Assembly: GCF_036365525.1 (NCBI RefSeq)
Contig: NC_090375.1
Span: forward strand, 136,250,982-136,314,981
Direction of reading: 5' to 3'
Origin: Heterodontus francisci
Lineage: Eukaryota
Length of the DNA: 64,000 bases
The stretch's first letter is position 1. Every line of letters starts with the position of its first letter. A program made the position numbers and the translations under genes. The notes under the pieces were generated by a model, which saw nothing but the letters and a program-made list of their open reading frames with translations, was not told where the DNA came from and searched no databases. Positions 23,970 to 35,889 of this stretch are shown in pieces.

Positions 23970-25980
23970 CTTGGATAACGCGGGATATTGTGAGCCTCGT
24001 CAAAATGAAAAAGGAAGCATTCGTAAGGGCTGGAAGGCTAGGAACAGACGAATCCCTTGAGGAATATAAAGACAGTAGGAAGGAACTTAAGCAAGGGGTC
24101 AGGAGGGCTAAAAGGGGTTATGAGAAGTCATTGGAAAACAGGATTAAGGGTAATCCCAAGGCTTTTTATACGTATTTAAAGAGCAAGAGAGTAACCAGGG
24201 AAAGGGTTGGCCCACTCAAGGACAGAGAAGGGAATCTATGCGTGGAGCCAGAGGAAATGGGCGAGGTACTAAATGAGTACTTTACATCAGTATTCACCAA
24301 GGAGAAGGACTTGGTGGATGATGAGCCTAGGGAAGGGAGTGTAGATAGTCTCAGTTATCTCATTATCAAAAAGGAGGAGGTGTTGGGTGTCTTGCAAAGC
24401 ATTAGGGTAGATAAGTCCCCAGGGCCTGATGGGATCTACCCCAGAATACTGAGGGAGGCAAGGGAAGAAATTGTTGGGGCCTTGACAGAAATCTTTGCAT
24501 TCTCATTGGCTACAGGTGAGGTCCCAGAGGACTGGAGAATAGCCAATGTTGTGCCTTTGTTTAAGAAGGGTAGCAAGGATAATCCAGGAAATTATAGGCC
24601 GGTGAGCCTTACGTCAGTGGCAGGGAAATTATTAGAGAGGATTCTTCGGGACAGGATTTACTCCCATTTGGAAACAAATGGACTTATTAGCGAGAGGCAG
24701 CATGGTTTTGTGAAGGGGAGGTCGTGTCTCACTAATTTGATTGAGTTTTTTGAGGAAGTGCCAAGATGATTGATGAAGGAAGGGCAGTGGATGTTATCTA
24801 TATGGACTTCAGTAAAGCCTTTGACAAGGTCCCTCATGGCAGACTGATACAAAAGGTGAAGTCACATGGGATCAGAGGGGAGCTGGCAAGATGGATACAG
24901 AACTGGCTCGGTCATAGAAGACAGAGGGTAGCAGTGGAAGGGTGCTTTTCTGAATGGAGGGATGTGACTAGTGGTGTTCCGCAGGGATCAGTGCTGGGAC
25001 CTTTGCTGTTTGTAGTATATATAAATGATTTGGAGGAAAATGTATCTGGTCTGATTAGTAAGTTTGCGGATGACACAAAGGTTGGTGGAGTTGCGGACAG
25101 TGATGAGGATTGTCAGAGAATACAGCAGGATATAGATCGGTTGGAGACTTGGGCGGAGAAATGGCAGATGGAGTTTAATCCGGACAAATGTGAGGTAATG
25201 CATTTTGGAAGATTGAATACAGGTGGGAAATATACAGTAAATGGCAGAACCCTTAGGAGTATTGACAGGCAGAGAGATCTGGGCGTACAGGTCCACAGGT
25301 CACTGAAAGTGGCAACACAGGTGGATAAGGTAGTCAAGAAGGCATACGGCATGCTTGCCTTCATCGGTCGGGGCATAGAGTATAAAAATAGGCAAGTCAT
25401 GCTGCAGCTGTACAGAACTTTAGTTAGACCACACTTAGAATATTGTGTGCAATTCTGGTTGCCACACTACCAGAAGGAAGTGGAGGCTTTGGAGAGAGTA
25501 CAGAAGAGGTTTAGCAGGATGTTGCCTGGTCTGGAGGGCATTAGCTATGAGGAGAGGTTGGATAAACTCGGATTGTTTTCACTGGAACGACGGAGGTGGA
25601 GGGGTGACATGATAGAGGTTTACAAAGTTATGAGCGGCATGGACAGAGTGGATAGTCAGAAGCTTTTTCCCAGGGTGGAAGAGTCAGTTACTAGGGGACA
25701 TAGGTTTAAGGTGAGAGGGGCAAAGTTTAGAGGGGATGTGCGAGGCAAGTTCTTTACACAGAGGGTGGTGAGTGCCTGGAACTTGTTGCTGGGGGAGGTG
25801 GTGGTAGCAGGTACCATAGAGACGTTTAAGAGGCATCTTGACAAATAGATGAATAGGATGGGAATAGAGGGATATGGACCCCGGAAGTGCAGAAGGTTTT
25901 AGTTTAGGCAGGCATCAAGATCGGCGCAGGCTTGGAGGGCCGAATGGCCTGTTCCTGTGCTGTACTGTTCTTTGTTCTTT
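23970..25980 (+). mobile_element. Young 5'-truncated CR1 LINE with almost intact ORF2 RT
   Basis: ORFs 23924..24769 and 24766..25848 join through one frameshift; FADDTK is intact; (TGTTCTT)n tail at about 25965-25980. Confidence 0.95.
24766..25848 (+). pseudogene. CR1 ORF2 RT and C-terminal domain (360 aa open)
   Basis: YMDFSKAFDKVPH, GVPQGSVLGPLLF, KFADDTK, LVRPHLEYCVQFW and FFTQRVVSAWN. Confidence 0.92.
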
Positions 25981-26094
25981 GTACTCTACAACACACAAGG
26001 TGCAGTGTACATCGTACAGTGTAACAGTGAAATACTCTTATGGTAGGGCTTGGGGGTGAGCCCAAGGGCTACCTCGGAGAACATTGTAAGTGTT

Positions 26095-26520
26095 AAAATG
26101 TCAGCTTGGTTTAATTGATAGCACTCTCACTTACGTCAGAAAATTGTGGATTCAAGTCCAGTTCCAGGACTTGAGTAAATGAAACTAGACTAACAAGTCC
26201 ACTGCATTACAGAGATGTTAAATGGTCAACGTTGCATTCATTGAAATGAAATGTTAAACCAAGGCTTCAAGAAACTGTTCCTGTAATTTGGTGTATGTTA
26301 AAATTCCCATGGCATTATTTGAGGAGGAACAGGGAGTTCATCTGATTTCTTCGCCAACCTTGTTTCTTGAAGTAAGCACAATGTAAAATAGGTTCACTGA
26401 CCGTTCACTTTATTCCTGCTCATGGGACATTGTTCAGTGTAAAATAGCTGCCATGTTTACTTACATAACAGCAGGATAAGGCACTTAAGTATAATCACAG
26501 ATATGTGATATTGTTGCAGA
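26095..26520 (+). mobile_element. Old tRNA-derived Deu-domain SINE (SacSINE-like)
   Basis: tRNA-like head with B box GGATTCAAGTCC, then CCCATGGCATTATTTGAGGAGGAACAGGGAGTT as at 57985-58020. Confidence 0.65.
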
Positions 26521-26899
26521 CGTGAAAGGTTTTTTTCCCCCCACAGGTTTATTGCCTGGTGGGCTTAGCATTATGCATTTGATAGGAATGAGGAGTTTAC
26601 ATTATGATTGGGGCTTTGCTAATTTTTCAGTCAGTTATGGCAGAAAATCAGCAATGCAGAGTGGTTTCTAGAAAAATAAAATCTCCTGATTCAGCCTCAA
26701 TGAGTACGTGATTTTCTTAGTCTGGACTACTTTCAGACCTGCCTCGAGGAAGGTTCTGTAAATAGTTAGCTCTGTACTGTATTTAATATTTAGCTGTAAT
26801 AAATCTGTTTGAAATCTTCAACCACTTTACTCCACACATCTCATTTATGTTGCATCAGGCATAAAGAACTCATTATATGTACTACTTTCAGACCTGCCT

Positions 26900-27620
26900 C
26901 AACCTACCTTTCCCCATCCTACCCATTTAAATTTAATAGTGTTTTATGGTAAAGTACAGAGCACAAACCAGCCACAGAGACCTGCAGACCCTCTCTGGAT
27001 GGTATCTCCTTCTGCATCGGACAGTTCCCTTTCTCTCCTCTGTGGCCTTCTCCAGCATCTGGAGGCTGCTGCTGACCTTCCTGTTGGCTCACTGAGCATT
27101 ATGGTGCTAGTGCAGGTGTCTGGCCCTCTGTTCCGCTCTACTGCACTTCGTCTTCAATGGGGTCCCCAAAGCCTGGATGAATGAGGCCCATAAAAGGTGG
27201 CCTCTCCCTGAATTCTAGTCCTTCCCTGAGAGCGGCCCCCATTGTTGCCCCCACTTGTAATCTTTGTCCAGGTGTTACTTGCTTGTTGCCCCCCTTGGTC
27301 CCCTTCTCCCCCGCATCTCAAACAACCTTCCCCTCACTCTTCACGCAATGCGGGATGCCCTCCATTCGTAACCATGCCAAGTCCACGATGGTTGCCCTCC
27401 CGATTGCCTCCCCGAGCAAGCAGCCATGATCTCCCACCTTCATGTCGCCTCCTTGAAGGGAGCAAGCCTCTGAAGCCCTGTGAAGCCCGTGCACCATTTG
27501 AAACATTTAATCGGACCATAAAATCGTTTTCAGTTGGCCCCTAAAGTATCTCAGTTACCTGCCCACAACATTGCTGTCAGAACTCCACCCTCCACATGTG
27601 CCGCATGGATAAAATCGGGA
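26900..27620. repeat. Partial GC-rich MITE-like repeat
   Basis: GC-rich block with composition like the TIR-bounded MITEs; no clean TIR pair seen. Confidence 0.4.
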
Positions 27621-27649
27621 TGGGATGTCACACTTCCTGTCTCTCACGG

Positions 27650-27825
27650 GCATTTATGAACCAGTTTTGTTTTTTATGACAGCTTCATTTATTTAGATAC
27701 CTTATTATTATTTCAACTGAATTCAAATTCTCAATTTGCCATGGTGGGTTTGAATTCAGGATTTGCTGGTTTATCAGTCCAGTCCTTTGGATTGACTAAT
27801 CCAGTAACATAACCACTGCACTATG
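27650..27825 (-). mobile_element. Degraded tRNA-like head, same family as 51090-51400
   Basis: The reverse complement has a B-box-like TTCAAACCCACCATGGCAAATTGAGAATTTGAATTCAGTTGAAA, matching 51164-51215. Confidence 0.6.
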
Positions 27826-28739
27826 ACCCATTATGTAGCTGATAGAACACTGTCATGGACTATTTTATTAAAAACATCAGCAATTATAAACTGGATTGAA
27901 AAAATTAGGTTGCTAATGCAGAAAAGGAAAGAAAAACAGATTTGTTTATGCTTTAAAAAGTCTAGCTTTATCTCAAGTTAAAGCATAGTTGCTTTTAAAT
28001 ATCCATTCCAATTATAATTATAATGCATTATTATTGTTGTTTGAGTCAAAACAATCACAAATTATAAAGAAAGCCTTCTGGGAATATTGGATTTAACTGT
28101 AATGGACAAAACAGATGCAGATTCATTAGGACAGCAGGAGTCAGCTAAAGAATAATCCATTCAGGAAGAACAATAAATGATGCATTTTTAACTCTTCTGA
28201 TTACTTGCATGAATATGAATTTCCTGCCCACTGAGATAAATGAAAGTGAATTGACTGACTTAGTTTTGCAGGGCTTTATGGGAAGATGTTCTGTGTCTGT
28301 CCTGCTGTCAAGCTAACTTTCCTTTCACCAGAATGTATTCCTTTCATCAGAATGTATCAGAAACTCCTGATATACTATCAGTGATTTTCCATTACATGCT
28401 GATGGTGGCTTAAGTCCCTTACTGCTCCTGTAAATTCAAAACATTTAAGTTTATATACAGTTTAAATTAGGTGAGCAAGTTAATTTGTTTGTTGAACATG
28501 TTATCATAATAGTAGCCATGTTATTTTCCAGTGATGATCGATGACTATCAATCGCTAATTCTTCAGTGCAGATGGCATCATGTACCAACTATAATTGCCT
28601 AGTTGTTGACAGCCATCATGGCGCTTATCACCATTGAAAGAAACAAATTGACTAAAAATGGTATAAAGCTGTCCAAGGAGCTCCATAACATATAAGGGAT
28701 GATTCTCCAACTTACATCAACCAGCAAGGAATGTTGCCT

Positions 28740-29430
28740 CAAACAAAAACAAGAAATGCTGGAATCACTCAGCAGGTCTGGCAGCATCTGTGGAAAGAGA
28801 AGCAGAGTTAACGTTTCGGGTCAGTGACCCTTCTTCGGAACTGACAAATATTAGAAAAGTCACAGATTATAAGCAAGTGAGGTGGGGGTGGGGAAAGAGA
28901 TAACAAAGGAGAAGGTGCAGATTGGACCAGGCCACATAGCTGACCAAAAGGTCACTGAGCAAAGGCAAACAATATGTTAATGGTGTGTTGAAAGACAAAG
29001 CATTAGTACAGATTAGGTGTAAATACACTGAATATTGAACAGCAGCAAGTGCAAACCAGGTTTTTTTTCAGGTTTGCACTTGCTGCTCTTCAATATTCAG
29101 TGTATTCACACCTAATCTGTACTAATGCTTTGTCTTTCAACACACCATTAACATATTGTTTGCCTTTGCTCCGTGACCTTTTGGTCAGCTATGTGGCCTG
29201 GTCCAATCTGCACCTTCTCCTTTGTTATCTCTTGCCCCACCCCCACCCCCACCTCACTTGCTTATAATCTGTGACTTTTCTAATATTTGTCAGTTCCGAA
29301 GAAGGGTCACTGACCCGAAACGTTAACTCTGCTTCTCTTTCCACAGATGCTGCCAGACCTGTTGAGTGATTCCAGCATTTCGTGTTTTTGTTTCAGATTT
29401 CCAGCATCCACAGTATTTTGCTTTTATTTT
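28740..29430. mobile_element. Large palindromic non-coding Penelope-like insertion
   Basis: Arms of about 317 bp (28741-29057 and 29071-29393) with a 13-nt spacer. 14-bp TSD AAGGAATGTTGCCT at 28726-28739 and 29431-29444. Confidence 0.92.
29292..29328 (+). ncRNA. Minimal hammerhead ribozyme motif (PLE-type); mirror copy on the minus strand at about 28807-28843
   Basis: AGTT-CCGAAGA-AGGGTCACTGACCC-GAAA-CGT-T-AACT; stem I AGTT/AACT, stem II GGGTC/GACCC, predicted cleavage after 29324. Confidence 0.72.
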
Positions 29431-29620
29431 AAGGAATGTTGCCTGTCAGCTGCAGATACCAGGACATCAGGGGCACATCACCCTCAATTTTCCAATATTA
29501 ATGGTTGATGGTGAAGCTCCAAACTAGCAGCAATTATTTATTTCATAGGCCCTTTATTCTTAATCAGCCCTACAATCTTAAAAAAAAATACATATATATT
29601 CAAATCATTCCAAAGCTATA

Positions 29621-30915
29621 GGGCTAGATTTTACATCCCCCAAAAGAGCGGTATGGTGGCGGGGAGTGGTGTAAAATGGAGCGGAAGGCTCAGGGGGGCC
29701 CTTCCCAACCTGCTCCTGCCTCCGCCGCCATATTACGCAGGGCGGCGTCAGCCTAAAACGGCCCTCCCGTCCCAGGCCAAGCAAGGCCCTTAAGTGGCCA
29801 TGGGGATTTTACCCAGGCCCGAGAAAAGCCACCTGACAAAAGCAGGCAGCTCTCTAATGGTCTGGAGGGGCCCCCTCGTGATCGGGCACCCTGTGCCAGA
29901 TGGAGAGCTGCCCCTGCTGCCCCCACCACCCCCAACACCCAACACGCCCCTCCCCCATCCCCCCAATCGACCACCCTTGGCTCATTGGGGCTGACCGATC
30001 ACCCCTGGCGATGCAACAAAACTTATCTTGATTCTGGGGCTCCCTGACGTCGTCTTCTGTAGGCTGGGCTGCAGTCCCAGCCATAGCCACTGCTCCCAGT
30101 GGCGCTGTTGGGACTAAGAGCCACCAGCCCACTGATTGGCTGGCAGCTCTATTAGGCGGGACTCCCTGCCTCAAGCAGGTGGAAGTCCCGCCTCAGAACA
30201 ATTAAAGGCCAGGGACACGCAAAATACGAGTTGGATCCCCAGGCCAGGCGGAAGTGGTTCGCCACCTACTTTTCAGTCAGTGGAAGGCTCTCGCCCTAGC
30301 GGGTCGGATGGTGGCATGAGGGCGGCGTAAAATTGAGCGGCAGGTTCCGGGAGGCCTACCCATCTCGATTCCGCCTCCGGGCAAGTTTATGGAGGTCATG
30401 TGGGAGGACGTGGGGTGGGAAACGGCCCGCCTGCCCGAGGCCAATCAAGCCCCTTAAGTGGCCACTTAATGGCCATTTAAGGGCCCTCGCCCACCTCCAC
30501 GGATATTTTACCGGTGGCAAGCGGGTGTGCTGGGGATGTGAAAGGCCGCCCAGCGATGTCTGCCGGCCTTTCCGCGTCCCGGGGGTGGGGTGGGGGCATG
30601 GCATGCGGGCACAGGGTGCCCGATTGAGGGCCGCCCCTGCCTCCCAACCCACCCCCGGGATCCAAGATGCCCCCTCCCCCTAAATGACCACCCTAGCCTC
30701 ACCAGGGCATGACCGATCCCCCTGGTGAGGCAACCCAAACTTACCCACTCTCTCGGGTCCATGGCGTCGGCTGAGCTGCAGTCCCAGCAGTGGCCACCGC
30801 ACCCAGTGGCGCTGTTGAGACGAAGAGCTGCCGGTCCACTGATTGGCCAGCAGTTCACTGAGGCGGGACCTCCTCCCTCAAGTGAGTGGAGGTCCCACCT
30901 CGGGCCAATTAAATC
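29621..30915. mobile_element. Two tandem partial Harbinger-like MITEs
   Basis: Left TIR GGGCTAGATTTTAC at 29621. A second related unit starts near 30300, repeating GGCCCTTAAGTGGCCA, GCTGCAGTCCCAGC and CTGATTGGC blocks. No right TIR found. Confidence 0.75.
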
Positions 30916-30961
30916 CATGCAAACTAACCCATCCCCATCCTCCCTTTTGTCTCCAAAGAAT

Positions 30962-31960
30962 GGGCTGGATTTTATGGGTCCCCCTGAGCCGGGTTGGAGT
31001 TTGGGTGGACAGAAAGGATCACGACAGGTGGCAGGTGAGTGGAGGGCCTGTCACTGCCCCATTGCCAAATGATTTTTCCTGGGGCGGGATTGGCTGCCGA
31101 TGGCCTTCCTGCCCAGAGGCCAAATGGGGCCCTTAAATGGCCTATTAATGGACACTGAAGGGCCTCTTCCCCCCACTGCTGGGATTGCTCTAGCCCATTA
31201 TGTGGGATTCTGAAAGTCTTTCATTAACCCCAGATCAAAAAGTCCATCTGTGTTGTTCCTTTACATCCACAGAAAGTTAACTACCAGAATGTATCTTCTT
31301 CGTTCTGTAAAATATACCTTCTATTCTTCCAAATCTTGTTCAATCTTTCAGCTTCCTCACACACAATGCCTAGTCCAGTTCTTAACTCCACTGAACATTT
31401 GTTCTAGTCTGTTATTTGAGATTCCAAAAAGCAAAATCTATTGACTTGTTCAATTTACTCTCTATTTATTTGTATGTTCATTCCTATAGATCTCTTGCAA
31501 AACACCATTGTTTTGTCCAGCGGTGGGGGGAGGGGCCTTCGCCATGCAGGGAGGGTGCTTTGTAAGACAAGGTGCCCTCCCTGCAGACTTGGGGAGGGGG
31601 AGGGGGAGGGGGGTAATGTTCCCTTGTCCGTGGGCAATCTGTGGCCCAAGGATGGCCCCAGCCTGGAAACAATGCACCTCTCAGGACCCCCCTCCCTCTG
31701 GACTTTATGATGACCGCCTGACCTCACCTCGCTTACCTGAAGTCCGGGGTTCCAGCACAGGGCCAGGTTCCGAGACCTCTGCAGTACCAGCAGTGGCCAT
31801 CACTCCTGGCCTTTAAGGGAATGGAGATCCCGGCGCCGGAAACTTTGCCTCTGGAACAACAGAGGGTCGCGCCGAGGGGGCGCGAAAAGGTCAAGGTGGG
31901 GCTCCCTGTGCCTTTTTGGCCTGGCAGCAGGAGCCCCGCCTCCTCCACAAAATCCATCCC
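30962..31960. mobile_element. Harbinger-like MITE with an internal RTE fragment
   Basis: TIRs GGGCTGGATTTTATGG / CCACAAAATCCATCCC with 3-bp TSD AAT (30959-30961, 31961-31963). Confidence 0.8.
31190..31505 (-). mobile_element. Degraded RTE-clade LINE ORF2 fragment
   Basis: Minus strand translates NIQINRE*IEQVNRFCFLESQITD*NKCSVELRTGLGI...RLNKIWKNR, resembling the RTE region after the RT core (IEQV..F.YLGS.I). Confidence 0.65.
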
Positions 31961-32521
31961 AATAAATGAATGCTTGAAAGGTTAAAAAATTGCTGCCAAG
32001 ATAAAGTAAAGGATACTCAAAATCTTTAAAACACAGTGGATGAAGTTGGGGTAGGGTGGTGGGGTTTTGCCTGGGCAAAATGATCATATTGGGAGAAATG
32101 AAAGGCCAAAAACTGAATGAAAGACTAAGGAAATTATTATTATTTAATAGAAAGAAACGAATACCAGATAGATTGATAGCAGCAACAGCACATGATAGAC
32201 AATATTCGACTTCGATTGTGCATGTGGTCACAGAATGGTAAACATGAAGATAACAAATAAAACTGACCCACGTTAGATTTATTTCATGAGAGAATATACC
32301 CCACTGAATTTTAATAGTGAATCATGTACATTGTGGTAACCTATTAACAAAATAATCTACTTGCTTCTAGCAGTATAGTTATATTTTTTGAGCCTAGAAA
32401 TAATTATTGGTGACCTTAGCAACTGAATATTTAATGCACTTACATGATCTCACGTATTTAATTAGTTCAATTAATTTAATTGGTAAAGAATTTGATTATA
32501 GTATTGGACAGAGAAACATCA

Positions 32522-32820
32522 GGCGGCACAGTGGCGCAATGGTTAGCACCACAGCCTCACAGCTCCAGCGACCCGGGTTCAATTCTGGGTGGAATTTGCA
32601 AGTTCTCCCTGTGTCTGCGTGGGTTTCCTCCGGGTGCTCTGGTTTCCTCCCACAGCCAAAAGACTTGCAGGTTAATTGGCCATTATAAAATTGCCCCTAG
32701 TGGTGGTAGGGGAATATAGGGACAGGTGAGGATGTGGTAGGAATGTGGGATTAGTATAATTGGGTGGTTAATGGTCGGCACAGACTTGGTGGGCTGAAGG
32801 GCCTGTATCTCTAAATCTAA
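32522..32820 (+). mobile_element. tRNA-derived V-SINE (HE1-like)
   Basis: GGCGGCACAGTGGCGCAATGGTTAGCAC head, V domain and CR1-like tail. Confidence 0.9.
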
Positions 32821-33247
32821 AAAAAACACAATAAGCACTCATCTGTTAATACTACCTGCAGTATTTTCTAGGCTTTCAAATAATTTATGGTGCTTTATTA
32901 TAATATTACTACATGGATACCTTCATAAAGAATATGGCTGCCCGTATTGCCTTTACCTTGTCCAATTTGCCATTTTGTCCCATGGAGGCAACACTTTAGC
33001 GCTCTACCACTGACTTTGGCAGAACCCCCTGAGAAATGGCATAAATGGGCTAAAATCAATGGGAGATCAGGAGAATTCCATGGATGTTCTACCTCAGGAT
33101 TTCTGAAGGTCTGAATAGGTTACTTGTTTTAAGGCCATAGTGGCATTTTTAGTGACTCCAACACCTAACAGACAGAGATCAGATTAAAACATAGCTGAGT
33201 CTTTTAATCACATTGAATACCATTATTCTAAAGTGAAGACTGTTCAG

Positions 33248-33658
33248 ATTGAGGAGATTGGGCCTATATTCACCAGAATTTAGAAGAATGAGAGGTGATC
33301 TTATTGAAGCATACTTAATTCTTACAGGGCTCGACAGGGTTGATGCAGGATGGATGTTTCCCCTGGCTGCGGGTGGGTGCGGGGGGTCTAGAACCAGAGA
33401 ACACAGTCTCAGAATAAGAGGAGGAATTTCTTCACTCAGAGACTGATGAATCTTTCACATTCTCTACTCCAGAAAGCTGTAGAGGCTGAGTCATTGAGTA
33501 TGTTCAAGACAGAAATCAATAGATTTCTAGTTATCAAGGGATATGGGGATAATGCGGGAAAATGACGTTGAGGTAGAAGATCAGACATGATCTAGTTGAA
33601 TGGTGGAGCAGGTTCGAGGGGCCGAATGGCCTGCTCCTCCTCCTATTTCTTATGTTCC
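33248..33658 (+). mobile_element. CR1 LINE 3' fragment
   Basis: RRLGLYSPEFRRMRGDLIEAY; ends GGCCTGCTCCTCCTCCTATTTCTTATGTTC. Confidence 0.85.
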
Positions 33659-33912
33659 AATCAAATATTGCAATCTTTAGTAAATAGTTTAGGTAAAGTA
33701 CTTTTATAGCAACTCTGGGTAAATGTTATTGTCCTCTTTTTATTCTTCTGTTGACAATTATCACAGCTTAATATAACCTTAAATTGTTATTTTAGCCTAT
33801 TTTCCTTTTGTTTACTTTGAAAGAATTCAAATTTGCTGTTCAAATATGTTGGCTCCATAGCTATTGAGGGCTGGTGACCAAGGTCCCTATTCAATTTACG
33901 GTAGAAGCCTAA

Positions 33913-35374
33913 GGGCTGGATTTTATTTGTGTGCCGCACTCCGTGGCGGTGCACTTTGAACTCGGTAGCCTTCCGACATGGAAGGGCCGCTGCACATCCC
34001 CCACGATATTATGCGCTGGGACTGATTTAAATAGAGGGAGCGGAGTAGCCGCCCCCGATGACATAGAGAGGATGGCCGCCATGTCCCTGGCAATGGCGTC
34101 CAGCGCCACCGCATAGGTGCTGGCACCATTTTTAAAGGGCTTTAAGCCCTTAGATGAAATTTTAATTTTTAAAGGTAAAGTGTTCAGACTTTTTAATTAA
34201 CAGATAATAAAGATATGAAGGCCCTATCCCAACCCCCACAATGATCATTTCAATGCCCGATATAACCAACACTTGCCTTTTTCCAAACCCGAACTTCCCC
34301 CCAACCTTCTAACTTTTGCCCTTCAACCCCTTCCCACCATCCCCATATCCAATAAAAGGTGATTTCCCCACTCTCCCACTCCTCCTGCTCTGAAAATTCT
34401 ATTCCTCCACCCTCCCCACCAGGTTCTTGCTTCGGAACTCCATGAATGACTAACAATGGCCGTAAAATCGGCGTGGAACGGCCGCCACCTGCAGCTAACT
34501 TAATTTACAAGGCCGGAATTTTATGCCCCCTCAAAGAGTGGGAAGGTGGCATAAAAGGGATCGGGAGGCTCGGGGAGACCCTTCCGAACCAGCTCCTAAC
34601 TCCATCGCCACTTTATGCAGCGCAGCAGCAAAAGGGCCTGCCTGCCCCAGGCCAATCAAGGCCCTTGAGTGGCCACTTTAACAGCCACTTAAGGGCCTCC
34701 GCCCATCACCACGGGGATTTTACCCTTAGCTAGTCGGGTGACCCAGGCTCGAGAAAAGCCACCTGACAAAAACAGGAGGTTCACTGACGGCCTGTGGGGA
34801 GCCCTTATGATCAGCCACCCTGTGCCCGATGGAGGGCCGCCCCTGCTGCCGCAACCACCCCCAGCACACAACACGCCCCCCCACCATCCCCCCAATCGAC
34901 CATCCTTGCCTCGCCGGGGCCCGACCGATCACCCCCGGCGAGGCAACAAATACTTACATTGGTTCCGGGGCCCCCGACATCTTCTTCTTGAAGCTGGGCT
35001 GCAGTCCCAGCAGTGGCCACCACTGATTGGCCGGCAGCTCCATTAGGTGGAAGTCCCACCTCAGAACAATTAAAGGCCGGGGAACCGCAAAATGCGGGTC
35101 GGATTCCCAGGCCAGGGGGAAGCGGGCTCGCCACCGACTTTTTAGTCAGTGGACGGCTCCCATCTGCTGAGGGAAAAATACCGGCCCATGTTTTTATTGT
35201 TAATTTGAATTTTCAGATACAGGGCCTGCTGCCAGGCGGCGGGGGGGGACTGCACCGAGGTAATATGCGGCGGGCCCTTCCTGACGTCGGGGGTCGAGGC
35301 GGACCTCTCCCCGCAGAATTTTACCAGCCTCCTGCTGCGACCAACAATGTCAAGGGGCGGGTAAGATTCAGCCC
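33913..35374. mobile_element. Harbinger-like MITE with a second MITE nested inside
   Basis: TIRs GGGCTGGATTTTA / TAAGATTCAGCCC with TSD TAA (33910-33912, 35375-35377). Confidence 0.85.
34510..35187. mobile_element. Nested Harbinger-like MITE (same family as 29621)
   Basis: TIRs AGGCCGGAATTTT / AAAATACCGGCCC; internal sequence homologous to 29621-30300. Confidence 0.8.
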
Positions 35375-35666
35375 TAAGAGTTCAAGGATAAGTGTAAACT
35401 ATTATCCTTTATGCAGTTTACAGACATGGATTTTTTTTTACCTGTGCAAATTAATAATGAATCAACACTAATCTCTAATTTTCCCAATGAAGTACATATC
35501 ATAATTCTGACGTTGCACTTGTTACATTGCTCAGAGTTGTGATGCATATACATATTGACATTTACCTTGCTGAGATAAATAACCAATGGCAACAGTTATT
35601 TCTTCTCTCCATCCACACCATACCTCTCCTTTTTTATAACTTAAATCTTCCCTCATATCAGTAGGC

Positions 35667-35884
35667 ATTAACCGAATTAGAGCTTAAGTTTACCTTTCTT
35701 CTTTAAACCTAAGAAAGCCTGTTTGGTGCTTGTTTCTTTACCTTATAACTGGAAAGTGGTGAACAAGGATTCACCAAGGGGGAGCGAAAAACACAGTGTG
35801 TTTTAAAAATAAAACCCTGTTACAGTAAGAGCAGGTGAAGACTGAAAGGGAACCCTAGACCTCTTTCCTCACCTGGTCATAACA
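35667..35884 (+). repeat. 3' fragment of the LTR family seen at 10295-11230
   Basis: CTTTAAACCTAAGAAAGCCTGTTTG...GGTGAACAAGGATTCACCAAGG...CTCACCTGGTCATAACA matches 11050-11230. Confidence 0.85.
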
Positions 35885-35889
35885 ATAAT

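Noticed and set aside
29750-35470. Many overlapping Pro/Gly/Arg-rich ORFs and CpG-island-like composition
   Set aside because: Explained by low stop-codon frequency in GC-rich MITEs; no protein motifs recognised.
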